A DNA stretch of 63,768 nucleotides from assembly GCF_000143415.4 (NCBI RefSeq), contig NW_003314311.1, forward strand, positions 62,233 to 126,000. Direction: 5' to 3'. Positions 38,731-49,899 of the stretch are shown one piece after another. The DNA comes from Selaginella moellendorffii. Lineage: Eukaryota > Plantae > Lycopodiophyta. The notes beneath the pieces were generated by a model that saw nothing but the letters and a program-made list of their open reading frames with translations, was not told where the DNA came from and did not search any database. Positions within the stretch are counted from its first letter, which is position 1. The number at the start of each line of letters is the position of its first letter. The translations under genes were made by a program, and so were the position numbers.

Positions 38731-38838
38731 TGACGTGTAACAATTTCCCAGCTTCCACGTGGCTTACCACGTTTACTTACGTGTTTACACGTGGCCGTAT
38801 CGTTATTGGCCACGTCACTCTCCAACATTTTAGGGTTT
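38731..38838 (+). promoter_or_regulatory. Cluster of six ACGT (G-box/ABRE-like) cores plus telo-box upstream of SMG9
   Basis: ACGT at 38733, 38757, 38769, 38779, 38789 and 38812; TAGGGTTT at 38831-38838. Confidence 0.65.
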
Positions 38839-38857
38839 ATGTGAGGGCTTGGTTTGA

Positions 38858-40441
38858 ATGGGCAGCAGCGGGCCGCCTGGAGGAGGAGCATGGCCCAAGA
38901 TTCTTCTGGCAAAGCCGGCGGCGCATCCCTCTGGCGGTGGCGCTGGCGCCAGCGGCGTTCCCTCCGGCGTTGTGAAGCTAATGCGCGACGAGGAGAGCGC
39001 CGCCAGGTCGAGATTGTATCAGGGATCGCTCAATCTCATCACGGATGCTTGGGAATTTTCGGCCGATCGTCTCCTCCCTGTAAGTAATCATCTCTTGCGG
39101 AGAACTCCGCAAATGCTGGACAGATTTGACGCGCAATACGTAGTTGATGTCCGATAACACCGATTTTACTGTCGTTGGAGTTCTGGGACTTCCTGGAGTA
39201 GGAAAATCGACCATTTTGAATGAGCTCTATGGATTCGACTCGGTAGCGTCAGGTACATCGATTTCACATTTTGTCATATGGATATCATTTTCCTACATTC
39301 TTTGTATTTCGCAGGGGTGCTTCCACCGTTTCCAGTTCAAACAGAGGAGACACGAGCACAAGCAAGACATTGCTCTACTGGTATGGAACTTAGAGTTTCA
39401 TCAGAAAGGCTCATTCTTCTCGACACACAGGTTCGTTGCCATTTAGTTCTATTGTTTCAAGGAAATGGCGTTCGTTTTTATAACCTGGTTTTCCAGCCAA
39501 TATATAGTTCTAGCGTACTGATGGATCTAACGCTCCCTGATGGCTCTTCCAGTCTCCAACTACTTAGCGGAGAATCTATATCCGGAGAACTTGCTTACGA
39601 GTTGATGGGACTGCAGGTATTACATGGTGTTTCTCTCGATGTTCTGAAAGCTAGTTGTGGTTACTGCAGCTAGGCGTGTTTTTAACGGCGGTTTGTCATG
39701 TGGTTCTACTCGTTACGGACGGAAAAAACGATACGACTCTTTGGAAGATGCTGCAAACGGTGAATTGTATTTGATTGGAGTGCACCTTGGTATCTTACTG
39801 CAATACTCGTGACAGATTGAAATGCTGAGACAGGGTATTCCTGATCCATCCACTGTAGGTTCTGGAGGACAATTATCAACCTCAACCGAGGACATTCCGC
39901 AAGAAACTAACTCTGAGTTCTTTGCTGACACAATCTTCGTACATACCAAGTATATATATTTTTATTATTATTAGTGTGATGTACTTGGTCTGTTTGTTTT
40001 TTGTAGATTGCGGGAGAGTGATCTTGACTTTAACAGCATTGAAAAATTCAAGGCTGCTCTTTCTGAGTATTTCAAGTCAAGTTTCAGAAGGAATGGCCTT
40101 CCTCAAACTGAAGCCACGGAAAATACTGACAACGCGCTTAGAATGGAAACTACGAATGTTTTTGTGCTCCCTCGAGCACAGGACGAGAGTTCAAAGAAGT
40201 TCAAAAGTTCCTCGCTGATGTTGCGACAACTTCGAGATCAGGTAATGGCCCGTGACTGTTTTCCTGTCTCTGACATTTAAATCGATAGATTTTGTCCATG
40301 CCGCGACGATCATTTCCGAAACCACTGAACGAGCGAGACTGGCTGAGAAATGCTTCTCGAGTCTGGGACCTAGTAAAGAAGTCGCCTGTCATTTCGGATT
40401 ATGGTAAACTGCTGCAAAACTCCGGCTTATTCCGGCGTTGA
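38858..40441 (+). CDS. SMG9: Nonsense-mediated decay factor SMG9
   Basis: PKILLAKP, DFTVVGVLGLPGVGKSTILNEL (P-loop), ERLILLDTQP, AVCHVVLLV, LRDQILSMPR...ERDWLRNASRVWDLVKKSP; TGA at 40439-40441. Confidence 0.92.
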
Positions 40442-43371
40442 TGTACGGTTTGCTTCAGCGGTCTATCTCCCTCTAGAAGTACCTCGTGTTACCGCAGGGA
40501 TGGTAAGCTACTTAGTTTTATTATTGGTAAACAGGCACTAACGCTACTTGTTTCTGTAGGAATGGCTGGTACACACTCGCGTAAGCTTTGTTTCAGGGGT
40601 TTTGGAATTATGCGTACTTGGAAAGTCTTATAGATTTCTGGAAGGAAATGTTTTATCCCTTTCTGCCTTTGACTCCCAACTCGCTCAACTCGCTCGTGTC
40701 GTTTTCTCGTTTTCAAGGCGTCGATTTGCCTGCCGCAAAGTGATCCATCCTGCAACAGTGCGCGTTTCCGACGCTTGTCTTGTAGTGCATGTGCTCGCTG
40801 TCACAGCGCAAACCTTCCAAGACTTGGAAAACACGCCGTCAACTTCGGATCCAGGTCTGCTGTTTATTGTTGTTTTCCAGTTTGGTGTATTCTTTCGGTT
40901 GAACTCGTCTCAAGTGGCTACTGATCTGATGCAGAGTATACCACGGAAGGAACGATCCATGCACGGCTCTCTCGGATCAAGCGTGGACAGCTAAGCACGT
41001 GCTGTTGAATCAAATCTCGCTGCTGGTAATCACGAAATCTGCTTGGGCAACGTTAAGTAATTCCGGTTGTTTGCTTGCAAGTTCAGCAGGAGCATAAAAA
41101 GAAATGGTGTGGAGGAGACAGCTGCGCGCAAAGCTGAGTGATACGTTGGAAAGGTCAAATGCATTAAAAAAACTTGAAGACTTGCGCTGTAGACAGAGAC
41201 ACGATGCGCTCAGTGGTCAGCAGCCATCGCCTCGGCGGAGAAAGATAAGAGATTTCGACGCGAAAGGCGACAAGGCGGGCTTCCATTTGAGCCGACAACG
41301 TGACATGGTATAATGAGAACAAGAGAGCGAGCAAAGAAGTACGTGAAGCTGCGAGCTTTGAACCCTGCAAGACCCCCACGCATGGTTTTCGAGAAAGTTT
41401 TCATCGTGAAACAGCGCCAAGGCAAGTCTTTTGTTTATGCTTTCGTAAAACTTGACATGTTACCTCTAAATATTCAAGTTCGTGCTTTGCAGCCGATGCG
41501 TATCGGGGGGGAGTAGCACATGTTGCAGACGGGACGTGGGGAGCCACCGACTGTCATCGGCAAGGATTCGGGGAAAGCAAGCACTTCTTTTTTGGAAGAA
41601 AAAAAAATAAAAAGAAGTAAGATTGGCTCTCCTGTACGTTCAGGATCGTCTATCCGTACGACCAGACTAGCGCTATCACTCGCAGCTTTCCGCCCTGCAA
41701 GATGACCGTATGCTCCAAATCTGTTCATTCTTCTAGTCAGGTATTCTACGATATTTCCATTTTTTCTTAAAACGCTGGACTGATATTTGCGCTGCAGCGT
41801 TTATGGATTTGACCTTGTGATCTAGACTCGTCAGCTAGAAACACTGGCAAACATCAGGCAGCGAGGAGGAGGTGGCCCACAGAGGAGGCAAAGGCGATTG
41901 CGGTGCGGAATGAGTCCTCAATTATACGAAGAAACAAAGGTGACGAGCAGTAAACATGTGGGGCGGCATGGCATGACATGAATGAGAGGGCAGCAAAGCA
42001 AAGGTAAGATACCATAAAAGAAGATTTGTTTGCTGCTCTCACTCTTTTTTCTATCCCTCTCCAAATTATAGTTTTCAAGGTGGTGGCAGTTTTCTAATAC
42101 GCGTTATTTGTGTGACAGACTTGTTCCAGTGGCCTGATCACCGGAAGTCAGAAGCAGCAGCAGCTCAGCGGGAAACAGCTCGCGAAGCTGGAAATCTTTC
42201 ACTTCAGAGCGGGGGAGCATACGACTGTCACAAGCTACTGCTGCTGCTGCTGCTACTGTTGCTCGCAGCTGACCAACGAGAGGACGGATCTATATATATT
42301 GGCGGATAGATAGTATAGAAGTTGGAAGAGGCAAGAAGGGGCTGGACAGTTTTCTCCACCAGGAAAACGAGGCAGTAGGGGGAAGATCTCTGGTCGCTCT
42401 ATTCAAATGTGGGGCTCCTCTGTCTCCTTTTGGGGCTCCCTGTGATATTTTCTCTCTCCCTCTCAGCGTGGGACCAAGCGACATAGGTGCATGGAAGTTG
42501 ATGCTCGCACTGCTGTTGGGCTGGCTGCCGGCAATGAGCTTGAAAGGCACCAAAAATGAATAGCGCCGGGGGTGCTGTTGCTGCTTGGACGTGTGCGACG
42601 AAGCCTCTCTCCTCACCGGCACTAGAAGTTTGAACAAGGGGACGACAACAGGGAAGAAGTCGGAAGGCACAACAGGAAGAAGAAAACAGGAAGGTGAAGA
42701 GGTGGTGGCCGCCGGTCCGCTTGTTTTTTCGGAAGTTGGATTCCTCTCTTTCGGCCTCAAAAGTTGGAGTTTCTGCGCATTCGCGTGGGATGGGGGCCAG
42801 ATAAATAGGGAGGGAAGAAAAGGCAGGACAGGGAAGGCACAAAGGCAACGCTCGAGCTTCCTTGTTCCTCGGTGTTTTGAGAAGAGGCTCTCATCAAGGT
42901 GGATATCTAAAAATATTCGGTGACACTGGTGGGAGTTGGTGTTCGGCATGTGAAGGGAAAGGTGTGGCGACGACAACTCCAAGTGGTTTCTTTGGGCCTC
43001 TCACTCGTTTCGCACTCGTCGGTCACGCACGCAAAAGCAAGCTTTGGTTTTCGGATCCTCCTCGTCTCGGGTTCTAGCTATCAATTCCTCCCGGCACCAA
43101 CAGGCAGCACAGGGGTCCCAAGGGAGCGAGGGAGAGAGCCTCAACTTTAACTCTCCTTGGGATTTTCCACCGATCGGCCTGTGGGATGTGAAAGACAAGT
43201 CCGCGCTGTTCTCCTTTATTATGCTAGAGGCGTCCTGAGGTGTCCTGGGAATTGGAGTGGCAGCAGGAAGCAGAGCAGTGGCTGGTCCTGCCAGCACGAA
43301 CAAGAGCTTTCAATTCTCTCTTCAACGCCGGTTTCCAGGGAGCTAAATTGCTGCTCGTATAGCTTACAGCA

Positions 43372-44462
43372 ATGACAAAGCCATGCCACTTCGTCCTCGT
43401 TCATGGGGGTAGTCACGGGGCCTGGTGCTGGTACAAGATCGTCAACTTGCTCCAGGCCTCGGGCCACAAAGTCACGGCCTTGGACCTCTCGAGCTGCGGC
43501 ACGCACACCCGGGACGCCGAGACTGTCACCTCCTTCGCCGAGTACACTCAACCTTTGATTGATTTCCTCAGCAAAGTGCAAGACAAGGTGAGTGGCAAAT
43601 GATTGAGAAGTACAAACGCGAGCGACAGTGACGGCCGCTCTCTCAGTCTCTTGTTCTCCGCGAGAAAAATTCCCTGGAACAGTTTCCTGACGCTCTCTTT
43701 CGTTTGATGCTACAGGTTGTGCTCGTCGGCCACAGCTTGGGAGGGGTGAGCGTGGTCCACGCCTCGGAACAGTTCCCGGAGAAGGTTGCGGTGTCGGTAT
43801 ACATCGCCGCTGCCATGTTTCCAGTGGGACTACAAACGCAGGAGGCCGAAATCAATTTGGTAAGCGAGCTGCCCTTTCTTTCTTCTTTGTTTTTCACCCC
43901 CAAGTTTTAATGCAATTGCTGTGGTCCTTGCTGTTTCAAGGTGCGAGCAACGGAGTCTTTCCCCGACAAGATGCACTTTACATTCGCAAATGGAGTCGAA
44001 AACGGACCGACGACTGTCATGGTCCGGAAGGATTTTGTCCGTGAGGCGTTTTATCATCTCTCACCAGCAGAGGTACTTACTTCTTTATACATTGCCTTTT
44101 ATCCCTTCTCTCTCGGGTACTGCTTGCCACTTATAGCCCGATAGCTATGGTTTCTTTCTTTGTTTACTGAGCTTTACTTTCAGGACGTTGCGCTCGCGTC
44201 GATTCTCTTGAGGCCTTCACCAATCGCGGCGGTGTCCAAGGTAAACTTTAGCACTTCTAAGAGAGGCTATGGATCCGTGCCAAGGGTGTACGTAAAGACG
44301 GAGAAGGACAGGTCGTTTAGCCCCAAAGAGCAGGACATTGCTGTGACCAAGAGCTTGCCGGACAAGGTCTACAGCATAGAGTCGGACCATTCTCCTTTCT
44401 TCTCGGCTCCTCAAGAGTTGCATCAACTTCTGCTCCAGATTGCGGCAGACTTCTGTCAATGA
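43372..44462 (+). CDS. Methylesterase (MES/SABP2-like alpha/beta hydrolase)
   Basis: [17 protein letters not shown], nucleophile elbow [28 protein letters not shown]; 4 exons, catalytic triad intact. Confidence 0.93.
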
Positions 44463-45058
44463 AAACAAAGATTTTTATTCAAAGAAAAAAAATATAATAG
44501 ATTTTGATTATAGATCAAAACTGGAATGTTTGTTGTTGAAACTTTCATGCTAGTTTCCAGATTTCTGGTGCCTCAATCTAAAAGTTGTGATTTTGTCCGT
44601 TCATATAAGCCCTACAAAACGATTCCTAGGACTTGTAAACTCAAACTAGTGTTTACTATTAATTTTCTCACTTATCACTACATGTTTACATCAAAGTTGG
44701 CTGCAGATCATATATAACGTTCTTTCAACTCCTGCAAAGCTCTGCCCAGAAAGACAAAAGTGACAAGCTCCGCCGGAGCTCCGCCAGAGCTCTCCATTGC
44801 AAGATCTCAAGCGAGAGCGCTCACTGGGCAAGAAATGGCGCAGATCGACTGCGCATGAAAATACTCTATCAATCTCAGGATTCAGTTACTGAGAGGATTT
44901 TAGATGGATGGGATGGGAGAAGTTGGATGGGACAGCTGAAGATTTGGAGGAAGATATGAAATCTAGCAGCCATGGGAGATCTTGGCCCCGCAAATCTCAA
45001 AACTAAGAAGCAAACTTTTTTTTCGCCATTTATAATAAAGAAGACTTGCTTACAATTT

Positions 45059-45527
45059 AACAGCAGTTAGCGAACTTGATTTCAGCTCAAGCGAAACATA
45101 GCGACCGAACAAGGTGCTGAGGCGCCCGTGAACCCTAATCCTTGTCAAGCAACAAGACAGACACTGTTTCGAAGACCAAAAAAACGAGAGGAATGCTTCT
45201 TTGTTTTTTGTTTCGGAGGGGTTCTCCTCAAAGAGGAAATCCCCAAAAGAGGGCTGGGTAGCTGGTCTTCGATCCTGCTTGTTAGTAGTTTCACACAATC
45301 GAAAATCCTACATCTAAGTGTGGGGCAGCCGGGGGCTTCGATTCCCCGACTTCCTCTCGCTTTGGCCGCCTCAACGTACTGTACAAAACAGTAGCGACAG
45401 CCCAAAACGAATACTGAGTAGCCACGTTGAGAATGGGCACCCCACCGGTGTGCATTTTGATGGTTAGAGAAAAAAAAAACGCCTCCTCCCAGCGCCGCCG
45501 CCAACAGCGAAACCCAGCCCCCTCAAG
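45059..45527 (-). ncRNA. Candidate structured non-coding RNA, family unidentified
   Basis: At least seven complementary segment pairs, with G-U pairs on the minus strand; TATA-like motif about 30 nt upstream; no credible ORF. Confidence 0.5.
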
Positions 45528-46500
45528 ACTTACCCTAAACACTAGCCTTTAGATATATTTCTACAGCGTCTCAGATTAAATCCGACGGCTATGAATTGTT
45601 TAGATCTAACCTACTGAAGCATTATGCAAAATGCATGGTTAAATAAAGAAACTCATTAAAGTAAATGTGATAATAACTATTAACTCATAAAGGTTGGAGC
45701 AAACGTCCCCATGATTAATTTCTAGTTAAAGGCGGAGAAAACTAAATAAGATCCTAATGTCTACTTTTTTTACTTTTAATATTCCTTTTCTTTAACTTTT
45801 TATATTCACCTAAAACACCATCTATTAAATTATATTTGAAGTTTTGAACAATGTAGGATTAGAACCCTCTCATATTTCATGGAGGAAGTTCTTTCATGGA
45901 TGGGGCATATATTAAAGTGGTCTCATCTTGGCAGTAAAATGTATATTCTAGATGATGAGATTGTGCTCTGGCATTTGATCAAAGACAATTGATGGAGCTT
46001 GCATTGCCCCAAATCTTCATTGCTCCATTTTGACGAGCTTAAATTGCAGGATGTTGTCATGGAACTCGTTGGAGTGTGTTTGATCAATGCAACGACTACA
46101 ACATGTCAAAAATGAAAAGGACAAGCATGCTGTTGTGACTACAAAACATCCAACTGACTGTTATGCCAAAATGGGAAGAGGTGTTTGCCGTTGGTGTAGC
46201 TACTTTGCACAATAATGGGCACACAGGCATATGAGGGTGATTGCAATGTCTTTGGGATTAGTTCACACTTCTTTTTTTTAGGGTTTAATTATTCTATATT
46301 ATACTAGTATTGCTTTAAGTGCTTGTCTTTGTCTTTGTATTTTTCTTTTATAGCATTTTATTCATCATAAGTTTATTAAAACTTGTTCAGGTTAAAACTA
46401 CTTTTTATCTTTTGCATTTAGTGAGCTTATTTACAAACATACATTATTTTTTAAACTAATTTTATTTATTAATTATGAAATATATTGATATTATTTGCCA

Positions 46501-49195
46501 TTAATGAGAGTGTTTATACTTAATAGATACCATTGCTTTACCACCACCTCCACAGCCTCCACCACCACCACAGCCACCACCGCCTCCACCACTGCCACCA
46601 CCACAACCGCCACCAGCACTAATACCACAGCCACCAACATAGGAGAAACCAGCATTGTACCAAGAATAGATTTCACCACCAAGACCATCATGGTCGATCT
46701 TCACAGCACCTGTTAAACAATGCACTTAGAATTTAGACTCGACAAGCATACTCTACTCACCCCAGTGATCTTGATCTTCTTCTTCCAAAGCTCTTGGTTT
46801 TGCCCACGGAGGAATTCCTTTGCCAAGCATATCAGACACGGACATGCTTATGGTTGCGGAAAAAAGGAGCACAAGTAGCACATCCTCGTTGGGATCAATC
46901 TATACGCTTAGTTTGCTTCCTGGATCCAGAATGGAAAGAAAAAAATGTTCACCTCCATGCCACCGGAGCGCCAGTTGATGAGCGCTGTTGCTTTCCCTTG
47001 AGGTGCGTCGCTTGTGAATCTCACCATTGTCACAAAGCATGCTTCCATTTGGTCTGATGATCGAGGCACAGAAAACTCCAAGTGGCGACCGGGAAGAAGC
47101 GCGATCTTATTAATATGAAAAGAAGAGATAACTCGGTTAATGATCATGTTCTTCGAATATGACAACTTACTGGACAGTCCTCGGACTTAAACTCCACATT
47201 CAAGCTCATTCCTGGTCTCATGTTCCACTGCTTGTCACTCGCGTCCTTTTCCACGACTAAAACAATGGCATCGTCCAGAAGAGACCACCTTCGTGAGTCC
47301 TTGGATGCAGATCCAAGAACCTCACCTAGGAAGAATTGAGAAAAACAGAAGAGTGAAAACTTTGTGATTGTTGTATTACCATCAACGGAGCTGGAGCCTT
47401 TGTATGTCCGATGAACCACAACTTTATCAGTGTCTGGGAGACGTTTACCTCCTTCACGTTTGTATCTAGACAGCAAAGGAGAGATCGAGCGATTCATGTC
47501 ATCCACAAAAAAGAAAAACATGGCAAACTTACCAGCAACGAATGACGAAACATTCCTTGTTGGCATGATCGAAGACAGTCCTTGTTATCCACACGCCTTG
47601 AGAACTAAAACTGCTGCGAGTGACTCCATCTTCTCCAGTGTCTCCCACTCTCACGCTTCTCAAGAGATAATTCGCAGTGACCGGAGGAGTAGCGGAGATG
47701 TAAACCAGCACCAACACTTCTCGGTCCTTCTTTGTGTCTTGCATGGGAAACCAGCCGCCAAGCGACTGCATCTCGGAATCGCTGAGGTTTTTCCACGGAA
47801 TGACGAGTCGTCCCAGCGTTTTGGACGTGAACATTCCCTTCTTCCAAGCTGTGATCACCAGCCCCTCGGTGGATAGCTCGGGTGTCATGGACGAAACTAT
47901 ATTCCTCGGCGATGAGCCTATGCGATTTTGGCTATGGAGCTCAAAACCTGTTTTCTTTAACATGCTGAAAACGAAAGAGACCATGCCATCCTGCGGCAAA
48001 CCTTTGGAACCTCGCACGGAGAGACGAACCTGCGTTTGAACGACCAGAGTAATTCATACCGAACTTGCAAAAGTTCTGACCATATACCTGGATAGTGTTC
48101 CTGGCTTTCAGTGAAACCTTGTTTCTGCAAGAGAGACTCGCGAGCTTGGTGGGATCATAAGCAATCGTTCCCGAAATCGCTGCTGGCGGCTCCCCTCTAT
48201 ACATGCACCCTGCCTTCTCGTATGGCAAATCATATAAAGATTCCCACAGAGACAGAGTTTTTGCGAATCCTTTGTCCAATTTTCCTCCGGGATCTCTGTT
48301 ACTGTCTGTATCATCATGTTCGAAGATCCTTCCAAATAACCGTGTGAGGTCGCTTCTGTAACTCACAGGATGAAGTTGATGCGTGTGCCATATCAAATCA
48401 ATGTCGTAAGTGGGAACTAAGAACACCGATGCTGCAGATGTGTGTCGGGCGACGAGATGGAGAAAGGCCTTGTATCGAGCAGCCGCAGCGTGTAAGAAGT
48501 TCTTGTCAACGTAGTGCGGCCCGGAAACCTGTTATAGCTACGGTAATGAGTTCCAAGTTTCGTAGGTCTAAAAGCAAACCATCACATACCTGATAGTAAA
48601 ACTTTTGCTGCCTGAGAACCGCATCAGCCAAGTTGTAGGAGATGCCACTCGATCTTCCGGAGTACAATGGTCTCGTCAAAGAGATTTTCTCTTCGAGTTC
48701 ATACGGTTCGTCTGGAAAGCTGGAAGTCCAAGCAACAATACTTTGTTGGAGAGCATTCTTGGACTTCTCCAGGCAAGGTGTGTCCACTATTTTTCCAAAA
48801 AGTCTTTTGCAATCCTCGGCATATTGGAAGCAATCTATAAAAATATGGAATTATCCTTTTAAGACTCACTGGATTCAAGCGATGGCAGTGCCAAATCCAT
48901 TCGCAGTCAAGTGGTGGAAGGAGTCTTGACGAAGAACTGGCTAGCAATGGAAGACAACAGTACTGATATCTAGTTTTGGGAGAGACAAAGAAAATTAATC
49001 ACAAGGTTAGAAAGTGTAGAAGATAAACCTCTCAATCGCTCTGTTTAAAGTAGGCTCCTCGAAAAGCCTGTAATTTGCGTGTACCACCGATAGAAACTCC
49101 AGGTGAGTTCTTGCAGCCGCTACAACATCCAAAGAGAGTGAAATCTCTTGAGCGCTCGACCATTCGTGATTCACTTGGGGCGGTGATGCTGCCAT
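46501..49195 (-). CDS. Glycine-rich domain-containing protein (GRDP, DUF1399)
   Basis: PPLDCEWIWHCHRLNP, FLVPTYDIDLIWHTHQLHPVSY, EHDDTDSNR, YEKAGCMYRGEPP, IALLPGRHLEF, C-terminal GGCG repeats; one splice acceptor looks anomalous. Confidence 0.9.
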
Positions 49196-49899
49196 TGGTT
49201 TGTGAGTTCGTGAATTGAGAAGAAACACTTAAAAACAGCAATGCTTCTCATATCACGAGAATCAACTTTTTTTTAGATCTAGTCAAATAGATCATGGCCT
49301 AGTGGGGCAAAGGAGTGAGGAATTTATCTAGTCCACTCTAGAACAAAATAGGTTGCATCTTGAGAAGGCTTAGACTTAGTCAGAAGGTGGAAATCCATTA
49401 GGATATTTTTTTGTGATTTGGGTGCTTAAAATCTTTGCTACAAGACAAAGTGTGGATAAAGATAGTTTTAGGAAAATAAGAATTAGGCTAGGCTTTACCC
49501 CCTTTTGTAAAGCATTTAAAAGTGTTTAATAATGTTTAATAATGATCTTATAAAACTTAGATTGAAAAGTCCAAAGGGATTTCAATGGCAACACAGCTGC
49601 CTTGAGTTTGTGTGTGAGCTCCAACTAGAGAGGATTGTGTCAGTCAAGAGGGTAGGGTTATCAGTGGAGCATTCCACAGCTTGTTAATAACCCTTAAATA
49701 TTAATCTTAAATTTGAGAGTGTCTTGAGGGTTAGTGTTCTCTTGAGAAGATTGAAAGGGTTTGAGGGAGAATTCTAGAGCAAGGGAGATGGCTTCACAGC
49801 CTGCTATTAACAACACAGTGGCCCTAAGCAAATTTAATCAAATAGAGGAGTGTTCTTGCTTTCTTTCCTGTAAAGGTATGTGATAGTGGGGCAATTGAG

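Noticed and set aside
42290-42982. 230-aa minus-strand ORF
   Set aside because: Composition follows the pyrimidine-rich strand; no domain features.
23188-44462. Biosynthetic gene cluster (ABCB, methyltransferase, esterase, glycosyltransferase)
   Set aside because: The methyltransferase is a protein-lysine type and the GT is a cell-wall RG-II enzyme; there is no scaffold-forming enzyme and neighbours are unrelated housekeeping genes.
44710-44800. 29-aa minus-strand ORF MESSGGAPAELVTFVFLGRALQELKERYI downstream of the structured element
   Set aside because: Too short and unrecognised; needs conservation or Ribo-seq evidence.
45059-45545. Telomerase RNA or RNase MRP identity for the structured element
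   Set aside because: The minus strand has CTAACCAT rather than a CCCTAAA-type template, T-runs that would stop Pol III, no USE (TCCCAC) upstream, and no MRP P4 motifs. ACCCTAAAC and AACCCTAA lie on the other strand and fit telo-box-like motifs.
45840-46260. Possible F-box/kelch-associated gene fragment
   Set aside because: Only vague resemblance with multiple stops; cannot be supported.
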